The notes below the pieces were generated by a model. It was not told the DNA's origin, ran no database searches, and saw only the letters and a program-made list of their open reading frames with translations. From Acidobacteria bacterium UBA2999 (GTDB taxonomy: Bacteria > Acidobacteriota > Vicinamibacteria > Vicinamibacterales > UBA2999), in contig DDZV01000022.1 of assembly GCA_002346475.1 (NCBI GenBank), forward strand, positions 7,175-71,174: a DNA stretch of 64,000 nt, given 5' to 3'. Below are positions 9,578 to 18,400 of this stretch, in pieces (the first letter of the stretch is position 1; each line of letters begins with the position of its first letter). The translations under genes and the position numbers were made by a program.

Positions 9578-10651
9578 ATGAATCAGACTTCTCAAGGACG
9601 ACGTACACATGGCTATCGGGGTCGGAGGAACTCTGACAGGCGTGGGGGACGGTCGTCGTCAAGCAACACTGCAGCTCGTCGAAAAAAGATTGATGTCGAG
9701 CAAATTATGCGGGACATCCGATCACGTGTTTCCCAACAACACGGGATTGACCTGAATGAGCAGCAAGTAAGAGAACTGGCTACACGCCGACTTGATGCCA
9801 TTCTTGACATCAAATCAGCGAACCCAACACTGCTGGAAAAACTGCGTCGGAGTGCAGGAAAACCTGTATCAGTAAAACTGAAGCAACCTCCCAAGCCAAA
9901 ACTATTTCAAACTTCTGCTCTTTACGGCTCGTCAAACGTGTTTCTTCGTATTTTCAGGCGACTCCTTAAACCAATACTGTATCTCTTCCTTGAGCCTAAG
10001 GCATTTTTCGAAGCTCTAAATTTACAAGTACGTGCAAATGCTGAGGCGAGGGAACGCGAAGTTGAACATGTCAGGAAGCAGGCTGAGTGGAATGCTCTGC
10101 ACTACGAAATCTTGCAACGTGTAGTTAAGGAGGCTTCGAAGATTAGCTTGCAAGAAGAGAACCTTAGCCTCCAAATCGAGGCACTTACTGCAAAAGTTGA
10201 GTTTAATGAGCGCCGAGTGAGAAAATTGGAAGCCTCACTTCATGAAGTCTCTACTGATCTCATAAATAATTCTCAAAAAGATTCAGGTGCAACCACAGGG
10301 AAAAATGCTTATGCTGACCCTTCTCGGCGAAAGCGACGTAGACGGCGGGGTCAACGTCCTGCTGGGGCTAACGAATCTAGTAATACACCCGCTCAAGCAA
10401 CTTTGCCTGAACCTCCTACTTCTACAACAGATTCTGAAACTCACCATACGGTACAAGAAGAATCTCCATCTGAAATCATTGCATTGCCTGATCAAGAGGC
10501 TCTGAACCTAGAATCTAGCGATTCAGCAAAGCAGCCATCGCCTGATTTGGTGGTTTCAAAACAAGAACCTAGCATTACTAGTTTTTCAACACCAGAGTCT
10601 TCAGAATCATCTGAGCCAAGTTCAGATGATAGCAATCAAAAACCCTCGTGA
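9578..10651 (+). CDS. Hypothetical protein: Arg/Gly/Ser-rich N-terminus, hydrophobic segment, coiled coil, poly-Arg patch, acidic Ser/Pro/Thr/Glu-rich tail
   Basis: 357 aa with a long uninterrupted frame. GTGA overlap with the downstream glycosyltransferase. No family recognised. Confidence 0.6.
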   Translation: MNQTSQGRRTHGYRGRRNSDRRGGRSSSSNTAARRKKIDVEQIMRDIRSRVSQQHGIDLNEQQVRELATRRLDAILDIKSANPTLLEKLRRSAGKPVSVKLKQPPKPKLFQTSALYGSSNVFLRIFRRLLKPILYLFLEPKAFFEALNLQVRANAEAREREVEHVRKQAEWNALHYEILQRVVKEASKISLQEENLSLQIEALTAKVEFNERRVRKLEASLHEVSTDLINNSQKDSGATTGKNAYADPSRRKRRRRRGQRPAGANESSNTPAQATLPEPPTSTTDSETHHTVQEESPSEIIALPDQEALNLESSDSAKQPSPDLVVSKQEPSITSFSTPESSESSEPSSDDSNQKPS

Positions 10652-11925
10652 AATTAGCATTCATCACGCCACGGTACGGAGTAGATATTGCTACAGGCCC
10701 AGAGCATGGGTGTCGATTGCTCGCTGAGCAACTGTCTAAACGACGCCACGAAATAGATGTGCTCACCACGTGCGCAAGGCACGCTTCCCCTTGGAAAAAT
10801 GAGTATCCCGAAGGTTCGGATCGAATTAAGGGAGTCTTAGTGCGCCGTTTCCCAGTTGTCTCAAATCGCTCTACTCAAAATGAATATCAACTAATGCAAC
10901 AACTGGTTAATTCCACGCGGGTACACACTGATGAACTCGAATGGGTTCGAAAGACTGGCCCGGTTAGTCCAGGACTGATCAATTTCCTCAGACGGAATAG
11001 TAGGCATTTTGATGCCTTGGTCTTTTTTTCCTATCGTCATGCCACCACTATTCAAGGTATGCCCATTGCACCCAAGCGCAGTCTATTGTTTCCTTCGCTC
11101 AGGCTGGAGCCTGCTCTTCGTCTTAATATTACCCGTGAGACAATTGAATCTGCTGCTGGAATTGGTTACTTCTCTTCCGTGGAGCGTCAGTTGCTTCGGC
11201 TCCACACACATAATGCAACACTGAAGGAAAAAGTAGTAGGTATTGGCATCCAGGCGCCACCCCAACAAGCACATCCAAGATTCGATCAGGAAGCGCCTGG
11301 CAAAACAGGAAACTCATCAAACAACAAGTTAACTAAAAGAACAGAAAGTTTAGAAAAACTATATCTTGAACAACGAGGAAGCATGTTCAAACGTCGACAC
11401 CGTTTAGATGGAAAAATGGTGTTGTATCCAGGCCAAGTTAAACCTGACACTGGCTGCGAGGAATTGCTTGAGTACTTCGACAGATATGCTGCACAGGATG
11501 AGAGAGCCAAGTTGGTCCTTATGGGAGCTAAGCTTATGAAAATTCCCTCTGAGTCGTACTTGCAACTTTCGGGAATCCTTTTGCCAAGCCAACGTTTTCC
11601 TGCGCTTGAAGCTGCTGATGTCACGATCGCACCTGAACCAAATGATATCTTGGCTGAACCTGTATTGCAGAGCTTTGCCGTTGGAACACCCGTTTTAGCA
11701 AATGCCAGGAATCGGGCTACTGTTGAACATTGCCAACTCGCAAAAGGTGGGTTGTATTACAGCAACTGTGAAGAATTCATAGAGGCACTACAATTACTTA
11801 CATCAAATGAAGAAACGCGAGCCTCTCTAGGTCAAAACGCACAAGAATACGTTGCGCGAAATTTCAGATGGGAAGTCGTAATTGGACGCTTTGAACAACT
11901 CCTCAACGCCATTAAGACTTCATAG
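10648..11925 (+). CDS. GT-B fold glycosyltransferase (group 1 / GT4-like)
   Basis: 425 aa. MKLAFITPRYG... start and a C-terminal ...FAVGTPVLAN... region typical of group-1 glycosyltransferases. Assignment by resemblance only. Confidence 0.75.
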   Translation: MKLAFITPRYGVDIATGPEHGCRLLAEQLSKRRHEIDVLTTCARHASPWKNEYPEGSDRIKGVLVRRFPVVSNRSTQNEYQLMQQLVNSTRVHTDELEWVRKTGPVSPGLINFLRRNSRHFDALVFFSYRHATTIQGMPIAPKRSLLFPSLRLEPALRLNITRETIESAAGIGYFSSVERQLLRLHTHNATLKEKVVGIGIQAPPQQAHPRFDQEAPGKTGNSSNNKLTKRTESLEKLYLEQRGSMFKRRHRLDGKMVLYPGQVKPDTGCEELLEYFDRYAAQDERAKLVLMGAKLMKIPSESYLQLSGILLPSQRFPALEAADVTIAPEPNDILAEPVLQSFAVGTPVLANARNRATVEHCQLAKGGLYYSNCEEFIEALQLLTSNEETRASLGQNAQEYVARNFRWEVVIGRFEQLLNAIKTS

Positions 11926-11940
11926 ATTGAAACTATCTCT

Positions 11941-13413
11941 TTATTGCTGAGAAAATTTATCCGAAGAAAAAGCACTTTCAGAATTGATCGAAGCCGATTT
12001 ATTTCTTCGATCAGAATGTGTTTTTTGCTTACGTCCTGCATTGATATCGTGACGCTTAATCATCTCGTTTAATGTAGTTGGTTTGACATGAAGTAAATCA
12101 GCTGCTCGCTTTTGAACACCACCCGTTGCCTCTAATGTCGATTCAATAAGTCTTTTTTCAAAATCATTAGTTATCTTTTTAAAGTGAATACCTTCTGGTG
12201 GCAAAACAAACCGAGGCATTTGGAACGATGGTCTTTTCCGAACATGGCTGGGAATAAGAGAAGCATTGATACGTGCTCCTGACGATAACACCACTGCACG
12301 CTCAATAACATTTTCCAGTTCTCGCACATTGCCAGGCCAGTGGTATGACATCAGGATATCTAGAGCTTCTGAAGACAACTCAAGATTTTGACGATTGTTT
12401 TCATCTCCATATTTACTTAGAAAATAATGAACAAGCAAAGGAACATCTTCTTTTCGTTCATGGAGAGGCGGAAGAAAAATATTGATAACCTGAAGACGGT
12501 AATATAAATCTTCACGAAAGTGACCATCCTTAACGAGCGTGAGCAAGTCACAATTTGTGGCTGCTATAACGCGTACGTCTGTTTTAATAGCATCCATTCC
12601 ACCAAGACGTAGAAATTCTCGTTCCTCTATTACTCGCATCAGTTTCGCTTGTATCTCAAGGGGAACCTTTGCAATCTCATCGAAGAAGATAGTTCCCTTG
12701 TCAGCCATGTCACATAAACCCTTCTTAGCAGAGGTTGCTCCAGGTGATGCATCTTGTACATGACCAAAAAGAGTAGCTTCGAAAGAAGCTTGGGCTAAAC
12801 TTCCAGAATTAACAGTGATAAACGGTTTGTTAGTACGTGATGAATTTGTATGAATAGCTCGTGCTACAAGCTCTTTCCCAGTACCGCTTTGGCCCGTAAT
12901 CAAAACGGTTGATCGACTTGGGGCAGCTTGGATGACAACTTCAAAGGCTTGACGCATTGGTCTACTACGTCCAACAATATTTTTAAATCGATTGTAGTTT
13001 GCTTGCAAATTCTTTCGCAGTGCTGTGTTTTCTAGTAATAATTTTCGTCGCTCAACAGCATTCCGAATTACAACAACCACTTCATCATTTTTGAAAGGCT
13101 TTGTAATGTAATCGAACGCTCCACGTTTCATTGAAGCAATGGCATTTTCTACTGACGCAAAGGCTGTGATCATTAATACCGGCAATTGTTCGTCAAGCCT
13201 CTTTAACTCATCGAGAACAGAGATGCCGTCCATGTCAGGCATCATGATGTCTACAATGGCAGCATCAAAAGTCACAGAACGGCAGATGTCGAGTCCCTCC
13301 GAACCAGATGACGCAAGCCTTACTTCATAACCCTCTTGTACAAGAAGCTCATGAAGGATCTCACGCATGATCTCTTCATCATCGATGACCAAGATGGTGC
13401 CGTGCTCACTCAT
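11941..13413 (-). CDS. NtrC-family response regulator (REC + AAA+ + Fis-type HTH) with degenerate GAFTGA loop
   Basis: 490 aa. REC (DDEE, D55 in IVDIMMPDMDG, KPF), Walker A GQSGTGKE, Walker B FFDEI, FREDLYYRL and WPGNVRELEN. The sigma54-contact loop reads DASPGA instead of GAFTGA. Confidence 0.85.
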   Translation of the reverse strand: MSEHGTILVIDDEEIMREILHELLVQEGYEVRLASSGSEGLDICRSVTFDAAIVDIMMPDMDGISVLDELKRLDEQLPVLMITAFASVENAIASMKRGAFDYITKPFKNDEVVVVIRNAVERRKLLLENTALRKNLQANYNRFKNIVGRSRPMRQAFEVVIQAAPSRSTVLITGQSGTGKELVARAIHTNSSRTNKPFITVNSGSLAQASFEATLFGHVQDASPGATSAKKGLCDMADKGTIFFDEIAKVPLEIQAKLMRVIEEREFLRLGGMDAIKTDVRVIAATNCDLLTLVKDGHFREDLYYRLQVINIFLPPLHERKEDVPLLVHYFLSKYGDENNRQNLELSSEALDILMSYHWPGNVRELENVIERAVVLSSGARINASLIPSHVRKRPSFQMPRFVLPPEGIHFKKITNDFEKRLIESTLEATGGVQKRAADLLHVKPTTLNEMIKRHDINAGRKQKTHSDRRNKSASINSESAFSSDKFSQQ

Positions 13414-13418
13414 AATAA

Positions 13419-16307
13419 TTAGTTTGCAGCTTGAATTGGTCTTAGCTCGTCGACCGTTGCTTTCGGAAATTCAATGGTGAAACAAGTGCCCTTGCCAATT
13501 GTACTTTCACAAACTAGAGAACCCTTATGCTCCTTGACTATGCCGTACGTGATTGAAAGACCAAGCCCAATGCTTTGACCCGCCGTTTTGGTTGTAAAGA
13601 ATGGGTCATAAATACGAGCAAGATGTTCCGGAGCAATACCATTGCCAGTATCTGAAACCTCAATTGCTATTTGATTTCCGTCAAAGCGTGTTGTTATAGA
13701 CAACCAACCACCTCGAGACATTGCATCAAGTGCATTTAGAAAAAGATTAAGAAATATCTGCTGTAGTTTGTACTCAGACCCAAGCACTAATGCTGGCTGG
13801 GAACTTGACTCTCGTACGATTTTAATTTTATTCGCTTCAAACTGATGCTCAAGCAAGGTCAGCACGTCACCAATGATTGTGTTTATATCAAAAGGCATAT
13901 GCTCGTCTGATGCAGTAGCAGGCCTAGATAAATTAAGTAGCGAATTAACAATTTTGGAAGCACGAAATGTTTGCCGTTCTATCTTTTTAAGAAGTTGTGA
14001 ACTTGAACTCGTAGGATCTGCACCCTTGAGTAACATTTGCGTAAAGCTAGAAATCCCCGTAAGAGGAGTGTTCACCTCATGTGCAACGCCAGCAACCAGA
14101 ACACCAATCGATGCCATCTTCTCAGAAACCTGTAGTTGCTCTTCGAGTTGCGCCCGACTTGTAATGTCCTCAAAGACAATGATTGTGCCAACTGTTACCG
14201 TGGCATTATTGCCATCAACAGAACGCAAAGGTGCAACGGCTATATTTACAAGAAGTCCACGGTCTTGATTATCACCACGTGCCGTTATAGGAATGCGTGA
14301 AAGTGTCGTACCAGTTGGAACGTTGGTGCGAGCTTTACGCATAGCTTCTAAAAAATTTAAATCAAAAAATCGATCAAGTTTATGACCAATGGTCTCAGTA
14401 CTGGCAAGACCGTACATTCGTTCAAATGCACTGTTCCAGCGCAAAATGTGATCATTGAGATCAACGACAACTAAACCATCGTGCAATGAATCAAGAATGT
14501 TTTCAGAAAAAACACGCATCCGATCAAGCTCAGATGCCTTGCTGTGCAACTGGCGATAAAGTCGGGCATTATCAAGAGCAGTGGCAATCTGGCCTGCAAC
14601 AGCTGTAAGCAGTGCCATGTCCTCACTACTCAGAAGTTCTCCACTATCCTTGCGACTAAGCGCTAACACTGCAACTGTGTTTTCTTTAAATACGCAAGGT
14701 ATGAAATAGTACAAACCAGCATCTCGCCAAAACTCAATTTCCTCAGCCGAAAATCGACTAACCGCGACAGGATCATCAAACGCCACAACATTACCAGCAG
14801 AAAGATCCTTGCCAAGGCTAGACGCGCAAGGAAGCATCGGAGGAGCATCGTTAGCAAAACCAGCGGAACGCAGTGATTTAAAGTTCAACGATCGCGAGTC
14901 CGTTAACATCAAGGCCATTCGTTCTATTAGCAATGTCTCTATCACACGCGACACAAGCCGCTCTGCTAATCGATGGAGATCGAGATCGCTATTAAGATCC
15001 CGAGCAAAGCCAACAAGTGCTTGACGATAATCATAACGATCACGATAAAACGCACGATCAAGCATTACCTGCATAGCCTCTTTAACGGGAGGTGCAAGGA
15101 GCAAGGCTACAAGAGTTGCTAGCATCGCAATGACCCAATTAGCACTGTTGTCTTGGATGAATACCCGCTCGATAGCCTGAAGCAGAAGTGCAGTGATCCC
15201 CAAAACAACCGACAACGCAGCAGTGTATACAAGCGTACGTTTAACAATGATCTCCACGTCCATTAATTTGTAACGAACAATGGCGCAGGCGTAGGATAAA
15301 GGAATTACGCCGAGCGAAAGCACTGACAACTGCATTCCAAGAGATGGTTCAATCCCAATGGCATAAGGCACAGCGTGAATAAGTACAAAGGGTGTAGCAC
15401 CTAATGCCGTGCCCCAAGCAATCCATTGGAGTTGCCGACGCGCCGTAATCGATTGAACACTACGCAGTGCAGACGCAAGTACAACCAGACCAGAAACCAG
15501 ACAGATTGCTAGAAACAAAGGCTGTAAGCGGTCTAGGTTTGAAAGGAAGCCTGTCAGAGCTGTTGGGCTTGCACCACTAACAAATGTTGCTACACGAAGA
15601 CCGCCTAATATTGCGGCTGTTAGATAAAGGAATGTTAGTCCTCGTCCGTTCCATTTCCCCCAAACATTTGAACGTTCGGGAAAAACCATTACAAAATGAG
15701 CAAACATCGGTGGCAACAACAAGATTGCAATAACGTCACCCCAATAAAAGATCCAATCGAGACGATCAAGGCGTCCATTAAACGAAAAAGTAAAGACCCC
15801 AAAGAACGCAACAGCTAACCAGAAAAAGTGAAGTGTAGCGGGATCTTTTGGTCGACGAAGACGTACGGCTGCCCCGATAAGCAATGTAAAACTACCTACA
15901 ATCGCAAGTAAGTAATAAAGCGCTGCCGTACCATTCGGAATAGGTGCTAGCTGTACTGCAATTACATCACGTGTACCAAGTCGAAGTAGTGTGTATTGCA
16001 ATGCAGCACCAGGTTTCTGTGCGTGCAAAGCATCAACAACGTCAGAAACCGTTTGTACCGGTTGACCCTCAATTGCTAAAAGAACATCTCCCTCTGTAAG
16101 TCCAATAGCGTCAGCTGGACTTCCAGATGCAATCTCTGCTGCAACAACGCCCTGGGATCGGAGCACCCATAGCACTCCATCCTCAGCCTCCTGCCATGTT
16201 GCCCGTATTACGATATTGGCCACACCAAGAGATAACAACAGTACGGTCACGAGCAGAATAGCTAACCGAGACCACTGAGTATTTAACTGAGACAAGATGC
16301 CATTCAT
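13419..16307 (-). CDS. Multi-pass membrane sensor histidine kinase with N-terminal PDZ domain, GAF, PAS, HisKA and HATPase_c
   Basis: 962 aa. TM1, then PDZ-like GSPADAIGLTEGDVLLAIEGQPV..., then about 7 hydrophobic helices. H-box AHEVNTPLTGI, N-box LNLFLNALDAM, DTGNGI and GLGLS. Confidence 0.9.
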   Translation of the reverse strand: MNGILSQLNTQWSRLAILLVTVLLLSLGVANIVIRATWQEAEDGVLWVLRSQGVVAAEIASGSPADAIGLTEGDVLLAIEGQPVQTVSDVVDALHAQKPGAALQYTLLRLGTRDVIAVQLAPIPNGTAALYYLLAIVGSFTLLIGAAVRLRRPKDPATLHFFWLAVAFFGVFTFSFNGRLDRLDWIFYWGDVIAILLLPPMFAHFVMVFPERSNVWGKWNGRGLTFLYLTAAILGGLRVATFVSGASPTALTGFLSNLDRLQPLFLAICLVSGLVVLASALRSVQSITARRQLQWIAWGTALGATPFVLIHAVPYAIGIEPSLGMQLSVLSLGVIPLSYACAIVRYKLMDVEIIVKRTLVYTAALSVVLGITALLLQAIERVFIQDNSANWVIAMLATLVALLLAPPVKEAMQVMLDRAFYRDRYDYRQALVGFARDLNSDLDLHRLAERLVSRVIETLLIERMALMLTDSRSLNFKSLRSAGFANDAPPMLPCASSLGKDLSAGNVVAFDDPVAVSRFSAEEIEFWRDAGLYYFIPCVFKENTVAVLALSRKDSGELLSSEDMALLTAVAGQIATALDNARLYRQLHSKASELDRMRVFSENILDSLHDGLVVVDLNDHILRWNSAFERMYGLASTETIGHKLDRFFDLNFLEAMRKARTNVPTGTTLSRIPITARGDNQDRGLLVNIAVAPLRSVDGNNATVTVGTIIVFEDITSRAQLEEQLQVSEKMASIGVLVAGVAHEVNTPLTGISSFTQMLLKGADPTSSSSQLLKKIERQTFRASKIVNSLLNLSRPATASDEHMPFDINTIIGDVLTLLEHQFEANKIKIVRESSSQPALVLGSEYKLQQIFLNLFLNALDAMSRGGWLSITTRFDGNQIAIEVSDTGNGIAPEHLARIYDPFFTTKTAGQSIGLGLSITYGIVKEHKGSLVCESTIGKGTCFTIEFPKATVDELRPIQAAN

Positions 16308-16481
16308 AATTCTTTAGTTAAACCAACTATTTCCCCGAAGCGCAGTGTCTTGAAGCAAGTGCAACTTTTACCTAATCGTAAAATCCAAATTTCGATATCT
16401 GATATCCAATAAAATAGATAATGAAAAATCAAAACCATCTCCCCGTTGAAACATATCCGAAACGCTTTTTAATTTGACCCT

Positions 16482-18356
16482 TCAGAATCGAACGGTTAGC
16501 CCGCCAATAATGCGTTTGGGAGGATTGGTTACAAGGAGTTCATCGTAAACTGAGGCTTCAGCCAGCGTCTCCCGGAAGAAATTCCTGAGTGCAAGAAGCA
16601 TTTCCCAGTTCGCATTAGTGAAATTGAGAAATGGCAAAGCCTGATGAACTTGAACATCAAATCTGGTTTTTGTAGTGTTCAGCAAGGACTGAGAATTCGT
16701 GATGAAGCTATAGACCACCATTACTCGTGTGTCTGTCTGTGCAATCTCCGCTTCCATAGATGTCGTAACATCGTGTAAGCGATCGTGATTTTGGACTTTG
16801 TCCGAAGGAGCGGGAATCAAAAGTGCTGGCCAGTCTTGAGAAGCATTCCCAAGATTTGTACGGGCTTGGGTGTAATGGATCGTCCCCCGCAAGTGCTCGT
16901 TCAAAGCTCTGCTAAGACTTACTTCCCATCCTTGAGCCTGTAAATCTCCAGCTGATGCAACATAGTAATGCCCGAGATCAGCTGTGCCTTGAGATGTTGC
17001 AACCCCAAACAGTGTCACAATCTGATCGCTAATGTTCTGATGAAATGCACGGAATCCTATGATGGTACCTGGTTTAATTTCGTGCTCCACACTAGCTTCG
17101 TAGTGTTGTAAGCGCTCAGGTTTAAATTCTCCGTTTGACGAGAGCGGCGCGAACGTGCGTTCTGGTGGCAACCAGATATTCATACCTGAAGGTGGTTGAA
17201 ATTCTTCTGCCCCAGGTGCAATTTCGCGACGTGACGCTAAGGCACGAATTTGTAACTGCGGAATAACGTCAAGGCTTACCTCAACCCGAGGGCTAAACAG
17301 TCCCCTAGAGTCTAGATAACCATAACGAGCATATTCCGCACCGTAACTGAGATTAAGTTTCTGAGTAGCTTGCCAGCTATCGTAAGCATAAATTCTTCCA
17401 GCATTTCGCTGACCATCAGCCACTGACGAAAGAGCCGAAATATTGCCTCCAATATAATTCTGCATTGTGTAAGACAGACCGGCTCTGTACTGGTGTGCCT
17501 TGGATGCACTGCTGACGTAAGAACTAGCTAGTAACAACGAGGAAAGGTCTCCCTGGGTCAGTGCACCCTGAATTGACCATTCACCCTTGGCTATTGGAGC
17601 CTCCAGTGATAAATAGGCAACCCCTAATGGAGAAGTTGTAGGCCCTGATAACATTTTCTCTGTTTGGTCATTGAATGAACTCCCAGCAAGCAGATCAAAC
17701 TGACCAGACAATGGCAGTTCTGAAAACAAGGTCACCGCACGCCTTGCCGAACCGCTAACAGCACGACTAAGCACATCCAATGAATTCACAAAAACTGACT
17801 TGTCGTGATCGATTAGTTGAATGCCAGCGTCCACTTCCTTAAGGGCGCTACGTTTCAAATGACGCAATCGCCACGCGAGTTCACTGTGATCGTCTTCAAT
17901 AGACTTGGACTCAGAGTCATCCACCAGGGGCAAACTTAGATCTTGGGTCCCTAAACCAGCTACCAACACTTGTGGCGTGTCACTTGTAATTAAACGGAGT
18001 GATACCTTTGTTTGGCTTAAGGTTGGCACTTGAACTAAAAGGGAACGCGCAGACAAGTAGTTCTGGTTATGAGTGCGGATAAGGTACTGACCTGGAGGCA
18101 GGTCCTTGAAGCTAAACTCACCATCCTTATTACTAACAGCAAAAACAGTTGTTGCCCCAAGAGCTGAAACAACAACATCTTCAATAACCTCACCGTGCTC
18201 GTTTGTTACAACACCCTCAACGCTTCCGACGGTATCATTCGTTGCTGTTGCGCTTGATTGTTGTTTTGAAAACTGCGCAGAAACCTCGCAGACGTCGAGG
18301 ATCAGGCACACTCCTACCATTAAAACAATCGTGGCAAGAAAGTGATTCTTCTGCAC
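16482..18356 (-). CDS. Outer-membrane beta-barrel protein with N-terminal carboxypeptidase-regulatory-like domain
   Basis: 624 aa, GTG start with AGAGGA Shine-Dalgarno and a signal peptide. CarboxypepD_reg-like VEGVVTNEHGEVIEDVVVSA...KDGEFSFKDLPPGQYLI. C-terminal aromatic beta-signal ...GGLTVRF. No TonB plug recognised. Confidence 0.7.
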   Translation of the reverse strand: MQKNHFLATIVLMVGVCLILDVCEVSAQFSKQQSSATATNDTVGSVEGVVTNEHGEVIEDVVVSALGATTVFAVSNKDGEFSFKDLPPGQYLIRTHNQNYLSARSLLVQVPTLSQTKVSLRLITSDTPQVLVAGLGTQDLSLPLVDDSESKSIEDDHSELAWRLRHLKRSALKEVDAGIQLIDHDKSVFVNSLDVLSRAVSGSARRAVTLFSELPLSGQFDLLAGSSFNDQTEKMLSGPTTSPLGVAYLSLEAPIAKGEWSIQGALTQGDLSSLLLASSYVSSASKAHQYRAGLSYTMQNYIGGNISALSSVADGQRNAGRIYAYDSWQATQKLNLSYGAEYARYGYLDSRGLFSPRVEVSLDVIPQLQIRALASRREIAPGAEEFQPPSGMNIWLPPERTFAPLSSNGEFKPERLQHYEASVEHEIKPGTIIGFRAFHQNISDQIVTLFGVATSQGTADLGHYYVASAGDLQAQGWEVSLSRALNEHLRGTIHYTQARTNLGNASQDWPALLIPAPSDKVQNHDRLHDVTTSMEAEIAQTDTRVMVVYSFITNSQSLLNTTKTRFDVQVHQALPFLNFTNANWEMLLALRNFFRETLAEASVYDELLVTNPPKRIIGGLTVRF

Positions 18357-18400
18357 TTTTTTATCCTCTATTAATTAAGTGACCCAATGAAAATTACCAA

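Noticed and set aside
13873-14268. 131-aa ORF antisense to the PDZ sensor kinase
   Set aside because: Embedded in the HisKA/PAS-coding part of a clear 962-aa CDS. Shadow ORF.
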